Assembly (NCBI GenBank): GCA_045601705.1
Contig: JAZSAE010000027.1
Span: 1 to 48,640, forward strand
Reading direction: 5' to 3'
Length of the DNA: 48,640 bases
Source: Clostridia bacterium
GTDB taxonomy: Bacteria > Bacillota > Clostridia > Christensenellales > UBA1242
Below, piece by piece: positions 7,849-16,512 of this stretch. Under the pieces are notes generated by a model. It searched no databases. It was not told the DNA's origin and saw only the letters and a list, made by a program, of their open reading frames with translations. The translations under genes and the position numbers were made by a program. Position 1 is the stretch's first letter; the number at the start of each line of letters is the position of its first letter.

Positions 7849-8576
7849 ACGTCACGACGTTGGTTGACATACCAACCTGCTCCAACAAAGATTACAACAT
7901 AAGACAGTGGTAATATAACTGCACGAGTTACTAACTCTGTCGTGATACGGTTATCAATCAATGTGTTAAGGATATCGGTAAACAATGTTTCCAAACTAAA
8001 ATCCAAGATATTGAAATCAATTTCAAGCAAAACAAAAATTAAATTTAAAATTTGAAAGCAAAAACTAATCCCAACTAAATTTAAAGCAACCGTACCACCA
8101 ACCTTTGTTAGCAACATACCAACTCCAAAGAATAAACCGTGGAAACCAATGATTGACCAAACTTGTAGCGCCAATGCTCCCCACTGCCAACCGAGCAAAC
8201 TACCAACTTCACCACCGAGCATTAAGCTTAAAACAAAACCATAAGCTAAATACAATAAAACCATTAACAAAGTTGCAACCAAAGAAATAAAATATTTTGC
8301 AAAATAAACCGTAGTACGTTGATAACCACGGGCATAAACATTTTTAATAGTTTGCTGCGAGAAATCATGACAAACAAATACGGCCATAAAAATCCCCAAG
8401 AAAGATGTAAAACCAGTACTCAAAACAACGAACATTGTATTCACAGCATCAGTTAAAGTATCAAATGTTTTTGATGTCAACATCGCTAAAGTAATAATCA
8501 ACAAGCCAATACCAAAACAAATATATAAACTTTTTTGACGCCAAAGTTTACGCCACTCAAACTTTAACAAATTCAT
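7845..8576 (-). CDS. ABC-2 type transporter permease
   Basis: About six predicted TM segments. Start overlaps the stop of the upstream ABC ATPase (shared base 8576). Confidence 0.7.
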   Translation of the reverse strand: MNLLKFEWRKLWRQKSLYICFGIGLLIITLAMLTSKTFDTLTDAVNTMFVVLSTGFTSFLGIFMAVFVCHDFSQQTIKNVYARGYQRTTVYFAKYFISLVATLLMVLLYLAYGFVLSLMLGGEVGSLLGWQWGALALQVWSIIGFHGLFFGVGMLLTKVGGTVALNLVGISFCFQILNLIFVLLEIDFNILDFSLETLFTDILNTLIDNRITTELVTRAVILPLSYVVIFVGAGWYVNQRRDV

Positions 8577-9502
8577 TATGCTTTACCTCCCATACGTTCA
8601 ATAAAGTAGTCTTCCATATTTTCGGTTGTGTAAGTTAATTCTTGCACATCAATCTCGTGCATTACTAATTCACGGTTAATTGCTGCACTATTCAAAGTTT
8701 CTTGGTCTTTGATAACAATTTGGATGCGATTACCACTATAAGTAACTTCCCACTGTGGATACAACTTCTGTATCAATTTCACGGCTTGTAATGGTTGTTC
8801 GGTGACAATGTTCAATTTATGTTGACAGCGTTGCGTTAATGCATCGGCAGTCGTTTCTTCCACCAAACGTCCATTATTGATAATACCATAACGTGTCGTA
8901 ATCTTCGCAAGTTCATCTAATAAATGGCTGGACACAAGGATTGTCACGCCCTTCTCACGATTTAAACGCAATAACAAATCACGAATTTCTTTAATCCCTT
9001 CAGGGTCAAGTCCATTGATGGGTTCATCTAAAATCAACAATTCCGGGTCACCTAACATGGCAATCGCAATGCCTAATCTTTGTTTCATTCCCAACGAAAA
9101 CTTTCCGGTTTTCTTTTTACCCACATCACCTAAGCCAACAAATTGTAATAATGCTTGTAAGTCTTGGTGTTCGGCATTGGCTAAAATGGCAAATCGTTGT
9201 AAATTCTCATAAGCCGTACAATTAGCATAAAAAGCCGGCGTTTCAATCAAAGCCCCAATCCGACGTCGTCCAGCATTCAAATCATCACTTCCAAACAATT
9301 GGAGACTACCTCGATTCGGATGTGCCATTCCTAATAACAATTTCATCAAAGTTGTCTTACCTGCACCATTCTTGCCAATAAAACCATAAATATCACCTTG
9401 TGCAACGTGCATTGATACAGCATCTAAAACTGTCTTTTTCCCATAGATTTTGGTTAAGTCTTTGGTTTCAATAACGTAAGCATTTTGACTGTTTGTGTTC
9501 AT
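8576..9502 (-). CDS. ABC transporter ATP-binding protein
   Basis: Walker A GKNGAGKTT, signature LSLGMKQR, Walker B LLILDEP. Start is uncertain between ATG 9502 and ATG 9511. ATG 9502 is preferred because of a TTGACA-17-TAAAAA-8 nt promoter (9539-9511). Confidence 0.88.
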   Translation of the reverse strand: MNTNSQNAYVIETKDLTKIYGKKTVLDAVSMHVAQGDIYGFIGKNGAGKTTLMKLLLGMAHPNRGSLQLFGSDDLNAGRRRIGALIETPAFYANCTAYENLQRFAILANAEHQDLQALLQFVGLGDVGKKKTGKFSLGMKQRLGIAIAMLGDPELLILDEPINGLDPEGIKEIRDLLLRLNREKGVTILVSSHLLDELAKITTRYGIINNGRLVEETTADALTQRCQHKLNIVTEQPLQAVKLIQKLYPQWEVTYSGNRIQIVIKDQETLNSAAINRELVMHEIDVQELTYTTENMEDYFIERMGGKA

Positions 9503-9581
9503 TAATATCATTTTTAACAAAATGTTTTTTAACTGTCAACAATGTGTTTTGGTATATTAACCTAAAATATGATAATCTTAT

Positions 9582-10286
9582 ATGATGACTTTTTTCAAAA
9601 ATAAACTTGCTAAGTTAATCCTTACAACCTTATTCGGCATTGCTGTTTTTAGTTGTTATTTATATCTTGCCGTCAATGGCACGGGAACTTACCCTGCACT
9701 TTATTATGCTTGCATTGTCTTATCGACTATCTTATCGTTATTATATGCTGGTTCACTACGACAAATTTTGCTTACCTGTGCATTGTTTTGTGCCTGTGTC
9801 GCTGATTACTTTTTAATTCTTAATTATAGCGTAACTCACCAACCACACGACCAAATTTATGGTATGTTTGCTTTTTGTGCTTTGCAAATTTTTTTTGCTA
9901 TCTATACCTACTTACTTCATCAAAGTGTGCAAATTAAAATAACTATGTTCGGCGTGCGTATAATTATAACTTTATTACTCACGATAATAATGCCGTTATT
10001 AAACCTTGGTTTACTTGAAATTTTATCTGCTGTTTATATCGTGAATTTTTTAATTACGATTATTATACTTATTAGTAAATTTCAAACTGAATGGTTGACT
10101 TTAATTGGAATGGTTTTGTTTTTTATTTGTGATATAATTGTCGGCTTAACCAACGGTGGTAGTACTTTATTAGGCATCACCAATTTACAATGGTTATCTG
10201 CACACGACTATGCATTTTTCTTTTATGTACCCGGAATTTTCATTATTACTCTCTCAACAGTTTGGTTTCAACGTAAGCGAGCATAA
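9582..10286 (+). CDS. Polytopic membrane protein (possibly YhhN-like; family not verified)
   Basis: About 7-8 hydrophobic segments across 234 aa. GATAAT (9571-9576) lies 5 nt upstream of the ATG. Confidence 0.65.
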   Translation: MMTFFKNKLAKLILTTLFGIAVFSCYLYLAVNGTGTYPALYYACIVLSTILSLLYAGSLRQILLTCALFCACVADYFLILNYSVTHQPHDQIYGMFAFCALQIFFAIYTYLLHQSVQIKITMFGVRIIITLLLTIIMPLLNLGLLEILSAVYIVNFLITIIILISKFQTEWLTLIGMVLFFICDIIVGLTNGGSTLLGITNLQWLSAHDYAFFFYVPGIFIITLSTVWFQRKRA

Positions 10287-10327
10287 TTTTTTAATTTCTT
10301 AACATAATATTGCAGGGAGGAAAAAAT

Positions 10328-10543
10328 ATGATCATTGCAAACATCATTAGTTTAATTGTACTGTTCATTGGTGGATTAAACTGGGGGTTAGTTGGCATTT
10401 TCAACTTTAATCTAGTCGATTGGATTTTCGGTGGATACAACATCGGTTCAATTATTGTCTACATTTTAGTTTTACTTGCCACACTCTGGTTGATTTTCAG
10501 TCTCATCTGGCAAGGCTCAATTTACGTTAGACGAAAATATTAA
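10328..10543 (+). CDS. DUF378-family small membrane protein
   Basis: GGLNWGLVGIFNFNLVDWIFG matches the DUF378 signature. Start set to ATG 10328, preceded by SD AGGGAGG (10314-10320). Confidence 0.8.
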   Translation: MIIANIISLIVLFIGGLNWGLVGIFNFNLVDWIFGGYNIGSIIVYILVLLATLWLIFSLIWQGSIYVRRKY

Positions 10544-10550
10544 ACAAAGA

Positions 10551-10580
10551 AAAAGATGGTTATATCGACCATCTTTTTTT
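10551..10580. terminator. Bidirectional intrinsic terminator
   Basis: Hairpin AGATGGT (10554-10560) with ACCATCT (10568-10574), A-rich upstream and a T-run downstream, between convergent genes. Confidence 0.65.
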
Positions 10581-11392
10581 TACTTTTTTAACGATGTAAT
10601 CTTTTTTTTGCTTAACTTGTCGCATAATATTGCAATACTCAAAACAATACCAGCCGCCAAAGTAAATAAAATAACATATAGCAAAATAAAAACAATCCAA
10701 GGTACTATTTGATAAACAATTGACAAGAGGGCTAATGTACAAGGATAAAACGGTCCAATGAAAAACATATTAAATATTTTATCAGGAACAATAAAATGTG
10801 CTGCAATATTTAAACACAAAGCAATACTCAACATACAAACGAAAACAATACCTGCCTTGAGTAATGACCAATAATTGAGTGCCACTTGATGAGTAAAAAA
10901 TAACAAAAACGCAATTACGACCATACTACTATGCCAAATCATTGTTTGAAAGTTAATGAAGATAGTTTCAACAAAAACATCACCAGGATGAAACATTACT
11001 ACTAAACCACCAATCAAAGCAAAGGTTGCCAAGTAAGAAACCAACGCATCATAAACTTTACCCTGGCGTAAAACACCAGCCAACACCATTAAATACATTG
11101 GTGTAGAACAAAACTGGAATGGAAAAATATATGGTTGATAACTAAAATATACATTACCATTTGCGTCGAAATGAAAACTATAAATAATTTGTTTAGTGAT
11201 CTCCAAAATAATTAAGATAATACCAGTAATTAACAAAGTACGATTCACAGTTTTAGTACTAATACGCTTACGAAAAATGAAAACTAATACGCAAGCCGTA
11301 ACCATAAGCGTAAACCATATTAAATGAAACCAACCATATAATGGTGGTTCCAGCATTGTAGATTTTAAAAATCTAAGGAAGCCTTGAAACAT
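10580..11392 (-). CDS. Polytopic membrane protein (270 aa)
   Basis: About 7 TM segments. Start trimmed to ATG 11392 with SD AAGGGGG (11407-11401). The longer track ORF runs through tRNA-Leu. Confidence 0.7.
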   Translation of the reverse strand: MFQGFLRFLKSTMLEPPLYGWFHLIWFTLMVTACVLVFIFRKRISTKTVNRTLLITGIILIILEITKQIIYSFHFDANGNVYFSYQPYIFPFQFCSTPMYLMVLAGVLRQGKVYDALVSYLATFALIGGLVVMFHPGDVFVETIFINFQTMIWHSSMVVIAFLLFFTHQVALNYWSLLKAGIVFVCMLSIALCLNIAAHFIVPDKIFNMFFIGPFYPCTLALLSIVYQIVPWIVFILLYVILFTLAAGIVLSIAILCDKLSKKKITSLKK

Positions 11393-11415
11393 TATAACAA
11401 CCCCCTTTGTTCTAA

Positions 11416-11502
11416 TGGTGCCCAGGATCGGACTTGAACCGATATGGAGTTTCCCCCGAGGGATTTTAAGTCCCTTGCGTCTGCCGATTTCGCCACCTGG
11501 GC
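11416..11502 (-). tRNA. tRNA-Leu (anticodon UAA), type II with long variable arm, CCA encoded
   Basis: Minus strand GCCCAGG...AGGGA-CTTAAAA-TCCCT...ATCGGTTCAAGTCCGAT-CCTGGGC-ACCA. Acceptor, anticodon and T arms all pair. Confidence 0.93.
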
Positions 11503-11510
11503 GTATCAGC

Positions 11511-11539
11511 ATTATAACACTACTCGTTGATGTTGACAA
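11511..11539 (-). promoter_or_regulatory. Predicted tRNA-Leu promoter
   Basis: Minus strand TTGTCA (11539-11534), 17 nt, TATAAT (11516-11511), 8 nt to the mature tRNA 5' end (11502). Confidence 0.55.
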
Positions 11540-11576
11540 GATATTATTTTTGCATAATAAAAATTTCGACAATAAG

Positions 11577-11605
11577 TTGCCGAAAGAAGTAAAATATGGA
11601 ATAAT
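11577..11605 (+). promoter_or_regulatory. Predicted phosphoketolase promoter, extended -10, leaderless geometry
   Basis: TTGCCG (11577-11582), 17 nt, TGgAATAAT (11597-11605), 6 nt, ATG 11612. Confidence 0.4.
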
Positions 11606-11611
11606 CAAAAT

Positions 11612-13873
11612 ATGAACCAATTTGAAGACTTTACAAGCTTGGATCGTTATTTTCGTGCAGTCAATTATTTATCGGCAGCACAACTCTACTTATGCGATAA
11701 TCCAATCCTCGAAAGACCACTCACAAGGAACGACATTAAAAATCGTATCTTAGGCCACTGGGGAACAGTTGTCGGTCAAAACTTCATTTACACACATCTC
11801 AGTCGTGCGATTAAGAAATTCAATCAATCGATGGTTTTGTTATCTGGTCCTGGACACGGTGGTAATTTTTTTATTGCGAATGCTTACGCTGAAGGCACAT
11901 ACAGCGAAGTCTATCCTGAATATACACGTGATAAAGCTGGCTTACAAAAATTATTCCGTGCTTTTTCTTTTCCTGGTGGCGTTTCTTCACACGTTGCACC
12001 TCAAATTCCTGGCAGTATGCACGAAGGTGGTGAATTAGGATATTCACTGGCTCACGGCTTTGGTGCCGTCCTTGACCACCCCGAATTAGTGGCTGCCGTT
12101 ATTGTTGGTGATGGTGAAGCCGAAACTGGTCCATTGTCAGCTAGTTGGTGGGGTTACAAATTCTTAAACCCTGACAAAGACGGACACGTTTTACCAATCG
12201 TCCATTTAAATGGTTATAAAATTGCAAACCCAACTATATTAGCACGTATTTCGCCACAAGAACGTCAACAATTTTTCGCTGGCTTGGGTTATGAAGCAAT
12301 CGAAATTACTGTCGGAACAAATCCAGCCAATATCTTACAAGATCACCAAATGATGGCACAAGCCGTTGATTACTGCTTACAATGCTTCCGTAGTAAAAAC
12401 GGAAAACATCCTGTGATTATTTTGAATTCACCGAAAGGTTGGACAGGTCCAGCAGTGGTCGACGGGAAAACAATCACAGGAACTTTTAACGCACACCAAG
12501 TACCTATTGATATGAGTCAACCACACCATTTGCAATTAGTTAGTGAATGGTTGCAATCTTACCGTCCGGCTGAATTGTTTAATCCAGATGGTAGCTTGCA
12601 AGCTGACATTCTAAACTTCTGCCCACAAGGTGCGTTGCGTTTATCGGCGAATCCATTAACTTACGGTGGCAAAAAATATACACCTTTAAAGTTACCTAAA
12701 TTACAACAATTTTTTGTTCCAACAACGGGATTAGCACAAGATATGAACGTTTTATCAAATTATATTGCTGGCATTATGCAAGCCAACCCCAACACATTCC
12801 GTTTCTTTACGCCTGACGAAGCCAAATCCAATCGCTTATACGGACCATTCCAAATTACCAACCGGGCCTGGCAAGCAACACGTTATCCTAGTGATGACGG
12901 ACTCAGCACGGACGGTAGAATTGTTGACGGTATTCTTTCCGAACACGTTTGCGAAGGTATGTTAGAAGCCTACAATTTAACAGGCCGCCACGGTTTCTTT
13001 GCGACTTACGAAGCTTTTGGGCGTGTCGTTGATAGTATGCTCAGTCAACACGCGAAATGGTTAAAACAAGTTCGTAAAATGCCTTGGCGTACTACACTGC
13101 CTTGTTTGAATGTAATTGCTACCAGTCATACTTGGCAACAAGACCACAACGGATACACACACCAAGATACCGGAATGGCAAGTCATTTATTAGACAAAGA
13201 CCCAAATGTAGTACGTTGTTACTTCCCTGCCGATGCTAACACATTACTTGCTGTTTTTGAACGTTGTATGCAAGATACGAACAAAATCAATTTAATTACA
13301 GCATCCAAGCATCCAACTCGTCAATGGCGTACCGGTGCACAAGCAGTGGCTGATGTCAAAGCTGGTATTAGCATTTGGTATGATGTTCCAAATCCGGACG
13401 TTGTTTTGGCTTGTATGGGCGACACACCAACCATTGAATGTTTAGCTGCTTTGAAAATTTTACAAGCACAAGCACCACAACTTAAAGTTCGTTTAGTCAA
13501 TGTGATTGATGCGGGAATTCTAGGTGGACGTGAAGACAGTTTAGATGCTACCAATTATGCACGTATATTTACCAACGACAAACCAGTTGTTTTTGTCTCA
13601 CACACTTATCGCAACTTAATTTTAGCACTAACAGCACACCGACCCAACAGCCATTCCTACACCGTCAAAGGCTACCGTGAATGTGGCGCAATTACGACAG
13701 GTTTTGATATGCGAGTCTTAAACGAAATTGACCGTTTCCACATTGTGAAAGATATTATTGACGCAACGCAACCTAACCCCAACCTAAGCGATGCAATGGA
13801 CAAAGCATTGGAAAACCACCGTGCCTACATTTTACAGCACGGCATCGATCCGGACTGGGTAACAAACTTCTAA
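11612..13873 (+). CDS. xfp: Xylulose-5-phosphate/fructose-6-phosphate phosphoketolase
   Basis: DRYFRAVNYLSAAQLYL, GHWGT, EGGELGY and GDGEAETG (ThDP-binding) blocks. 753 aa. Confidence 0.92.
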   Translation: MNQFEDFTSLDRYFRAVNYLSAAQLYLCDNPILERPLTRNDIKNRILGHWGTVVGQNFIYTHLSRAIKKFNQSMVLLSGPGHGGNFFIANAYAEGTYSEVYPEYTRDKAGLQKLFRAFSFPGGVSSHVAPQIPGSMHEGGELGYSLAHGFGAVLDHPELVAAVIVGDGEAETGPLSASWWGYKFLNPDKDGHVLPIVHLNGYKIANPTILARISPQERQQFFAGLGYEAIEITVGTNPANILQDHQMMAQAVDYCLQCFRSKNGKHPVIILNSPKGWTGPAVVDGKTITGTFNAHQVPIDMSQPHHLQLVSEWLQSYRPAELFNPDGSLQADILNFCPQGALRLSANPLTYGGKKYTPLKLPKLQQFFVPTTGLAQDMNVLSNYIAGIMQANPNTFRFFTPDEAKSNRLYGPFQITNRAWQATRYPSDDGLSTDGRIVDGILSEHVCEGMLEAYNLTGRHGFFATYEAFGRVVDSMLSQHAKWLKQVRKMPWRTTLPCLNVIATSHTWQQDHNGYTHQDTGMASHLLDKDPNVVRCYFPADANTLLAVFERCMQDTNKINLITASKHPTRQWRTGAQAVADVKAGISIWYDVPNPDVVLACMGDTPTIECLAALKILQAQAPQLKVRLVNVIDAGILGGREDSLDATNYARIFTNDKPVVFVSHTYRNLILALTAHRPNSHSYTVKGYRECGAITTGFDMRVLNEIDRFHIVKDIIDATQPNPNLSDAMDKALENHRAYILQHGIDPDWVTNF

Positions 13874-13940
13874 GACTAAAACTAGACAAATAAAAAACAC
13901 CATCGCAACAGTTTGTAAATTTTGAAACTTGCGGAATAAT

Positions 13941-13978
13941 AAAAAAACTCTATTAATTATTAATAGAGTTCTTTTTAT
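13941..13978. terminator. Bidirectional intrinsic terminator
   Basis: Hairpin CTCTATTAA (13948-13956) with TTAATAGAG (13960-13968), flanked by A7 and a T-run. Confidence 0.65.
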
Positions 13979-13991
13979 TTAGAAAAAAGTT

Positions 13992-14462
13992 TTATTTTTC
14001 CGTGCCAAGGTCATGTAACATTTCTTTATAGGTGTAGGTGCCCCGTAATCCACGTGACAGTTTTATCTTTTCTGAATAAAGCGTTGTTTTTTTCTCTCTT
14101 TGTTTTATTTCGTGATTACAACCACTTTTTATCATACAAGGCACATGTTTGCGATTTTCCATTGCTTCATCTTTGTCGTCTTTCGCCTGTGTTTTATTTT
14201 GCATTTTACTAACTGTCGAAATCGTGATACACAATGAATTCATTCCTGCTTTATTATTTCCCCTATTAGTAATACTTCGACAATCATTCATTTCTTGATC
14301 ACCTATCCAATAGAAGCCTTTTGGTAAAACTAATTTGTCTAACGTAACAGAACTACCCATCCATTCATCAAATAAATCAGTCATAAATTCAACATTAGGA
14401 TTTAATTTTTTCAACGCAGAAAGTAAATCATTATACGAATTGATTTTAAATTTATTTATCAT
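13992..14462 (-). CDS. Hypothetical protein (156 aa)
   Basis: ORF preceded by SD GAAAGGAGAAAAAGT-ATG. No recognisable family. Confidence 0.6.
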   Translation of the reverse strand: MINKFKINSYNDLLSALKKLNPNVEFMTDLFDEWMGSSVTLDKLVLPKGFYWIGDQEMNDCRSITNRGNNKAGMNSLCITISTVSKMQNKTQAKDDKDEAMENRKHVPCMIKSGCNHEIKQREKKTTLYSEKIKLSRGLRGTYTYKEMLHDLGTEK

Positions 14463-14663
14463 ACTTTTTCTCCTTTCAATTGAATTATCTTAGCATGAAT
14501 TTTTAATAATTGCAATATTTCCAAAACAAAAAAATTAACTATTTGGCAGTTAAACGTGTGCTTGTCGCTTTCTGCGATAATCCTTGATAACTGCAGCTGT
14601 TAAGAGAGAGTAAAAAAACACCTTAACCTTTTCCAGATTAAAGTGTTATTTATTTTGCTAGTT

Positions 14664-14698
14664 TCAAAAACACCGTCGCAACCGTACGGTGTTTTTTG
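14664..14698 (-). terminator. Intrinsic terminator downstream of the 14706-14939 gene
   Basis: Hairpin CACCGT (14671-14676) with ACGGTG (14686-14691), flanked by A/T runs. A second hairpin with a T-run lies at about 14620-14655. Confidence 0.6.
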
Positions 14699-14705
14699 TT
14701 TTTGA

Positions 14706-14939
14706 TTATTTCTTTAATTTGCGTGGGATGGCAAATCCGATAAAACCGACCATTACTAACACAATGGCATTACCAGCAACTTCAAAGAAAGCCAACAACG
14801 CAATGACAAAATTATCGAAATTGAAATTTTTGAAAACTTGTGCAAAAGTCTCCCACGGATATTTTATACAAATTCCAACCAATACAACTGTCGCTGCTAC
14901 AAGTACCAAAAATGAAATAATTTTACGTAAAACTCCCAT
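14706..14939 (-). CDS. Small two-TM membrane protein (77 aa)
   Basis: Strong SD AAGGAGGAAAAAA-ATG and two hydrophobic helices. Confidence 0.6.
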   Translation of the reverse strand: MGVLRKIISFLVLVAATVVLVGICIKYPWETFAQVFKNFNFDNFVIALLAFFEVAGNAIVLVMVGFIGFAIPRKLKK

Positions 14940-15042
14940 TTTTTTCCTCCTTTATTTTTCGACATATTATAACAAAAGAAAAGGGATGCGTCTACCCCTT
15001 TTCAATTTTTCGTGTTGTATTTTTTCTCATACTGCTTTCCTT

Positions 15043-15666
15043 TTATTTATTATCTGTACCTGGAAATTCCACAAAATTTTCTGGATTAACTGGTTTTCCA
15101 TTTTGATACATCATCAAGCGCACGTGTGGCATTGCAAAGACTTCGTAATTAGCCGAGTTACCAACTGTGCCAATACGGTCGCCGCTTTTTACTTCATCAC
15201 CAACGGCAACGTCAATACTATCTAAACTGCTGTAAACACTTTCTACACCGTCCTTATGTTGAATTCGAACTAACTTACCTGTTGTTGCATCGCCGCTTTC
15301 AACTACAGAAGTTACTTTACCGTCATAACAAGCAACAACGTTTGTGCCTGATGTTGCTCCAATGGTATAACCCAAATCGTACTCATACCATTTAGTAGTA
15401 TTATTGTACTGCACCATATCAAAGTCGGCTGCTTTTAAGATGGTAACGGCTGATTGGTCAACTGGCATTACCCAAGAAACAGTTTGTGGAATTGATGGTC
15501 CACCAACCAAATTGCCGTTGTTTTGTACTGACTGCGTGTTTGGTTGAACAAAACTGAGTGCGATGAAAGTTGTCGTAATACCTAACATTAAAACGACCAA
15601 TAGTGTACTAATCGCAATTGCGTTACGACGTGTTTTTTCCATTTGTGTTGCTGTGCGAATGTCCAT
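15043..15666 (-). CDS. Membrane-anchored LytM/M23-like domain protein with a degenerate active site
   Basis: M23 fold blocks VVACYDGKVTSV, VRIQHKDGVESVYSSL, GDRIGTVGNS...HVRLMMYQNGKPVNP. The HxxxD and second His of HxH are not conserved. N-terminal TM segment. Confidence 0.75.
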   Translation of the reverse strand: MDIRTATQMEKTRRNAIAISTLLVVLMLGITTTFIALSFVQPNTQSVQNNGNLVGGPSIPQTVSWVMPVDQSAVTILKAADFDMVQYNNTTKWYEYDLGYTIGATSGTNVVACYDGKVTSVVESGDATTGKLVRIQHKDGVESVYSSLDSIDVAVGDEVKSGDRIGTVGNSANYEVFAMPHVRLMMYQNGKPVNPENFVEFPGTDNK

Positions 15667-15728
15667 TTCTCTTTAACCCCCTTGTCATAATTTTTGACCA
15701 GCAATACAAATTTTAAACAGAAAAGTTT

Positions 15729-16025
15729 TTAACGCTCAATAAAAGTCGCACAATCAGCTCGGTCTTTTTCTTCATTATCAACAACAGCAATACCATTTGC
15801 GCCACAGCGACAATTACGATTATACAGACACGTTGCTGCTGTACAACGCAAAGGCACACTATTTGGCATTGTTGGTGCTAATTCGGAAGCTAACTCCAAA
15901 TCTGTTTTGTCTTCATCTTCTTGGTACGTTTCACAATTTGCGCCACGACATACCCAAACTTGGTGAGCGTGGCAAGTTCCAGCATGGTTGAACTTACATT
16001 TAATTTTACGACAGCGAATATTCAT
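15729..16025 (-). CDS. DUF1540-like cysteine-rich protein
   Basis: Two Cys-rich repeats (CKFNHAGTCHA..., CTAATCLYNRNCRCGANGIAV...CATF). Start trimmed to ATG 16025. Confidence 0.6.
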   Translation of the reverse strand: MNIRCRKIKCKFNHAGTCHAHQVWVCRGANCETYQEDEDKTDLELASELAPTMPNSVPLRCTAATCLYNRNCRCGANGIAVVDNEEKDRADCATFIER

Positions 16026-16059
16026 TATGCAATTATTATGAATTATTATAAAATAAATT

Positions 16060-16512
16060 ATGCAAATATATTTATTAAAAGATTTAAAGGGACACGGCAA
16101 AGCCGGTGAAATCGTAAACCTAAATGATGGTTACGCAAAAAACTTTGTGATTAAAAACAAAATAGGAAAACCTGTGGACAACGCAACACGTAGCGATATG
16201 AAAGCTAAGGCTGACAGTGAGGCTTTTAAAAAGCAAACCGAAATTGCTGAAATCCAAGCACAAATTGCGCAAATTAAACAAACACCAATTACGCTGTATT
16301 GTAAAGTTGGTGCTAACCAAAAGTTGTTCGGTAGTATCACAGCAACCGAAATTACCAATGCTTTGGCGGCAAAAGGGATTAACCTTGATAAACGTTTAAT
16401 AGTCATCAATGAACCAATCAAAGCTTTAGGTACATATAATGTAAACATCAAGTACAATTATCAATTAACGGGAACAATTACCGTACACGTGGAGGAACTC
16501 AATGCAAAATGA
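16060..16512 (+). CDS. rplI: Ribosomal protein L9
   Basis: MQIYLLKDLKGHGKAGEIVNLNDGYAKNFVIKNKIGKPV N-domain; 150 aa. Confidence 0.92.
   Translation: MQIYLLKDLKGHGKAGEIVNLNDGYAKNFVIKNKIGKPVDNATRSDMKAKADSEAFKKQTEIAEIQAQIAQIKQTPITLYCKVGANQKLFGSITATEITNALAAKGINLDKRLIVINEPIKALGTYNVNIKYNYQLTGTITVHVEELNAK

Noticed and set aside
10580-11620. 346-aa track ORF extending upstream of the membrane protein gene
   Set aside because: Codons 1-76 run straight through tRNA-Leu (11416-11502) and its promoter. The sequence there (..PGGEIGRRKGLKIPRG..) is the translated tRNA. The ORF was trimmed to ATG 11392, which has an SD.
14689-15225. 178-aa plus-strand ORF
   Set aside because: It is an antisense shadow across two well-supported minus-strand genes (14706-14939 with a strong SD, and the M23-like gene). 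The same reasoning was applied to other antisense track ORFs, for example 3170-3481, 16131-16457, 24048-24452, 31420-31725, 35239-35580 and 46390-46632.
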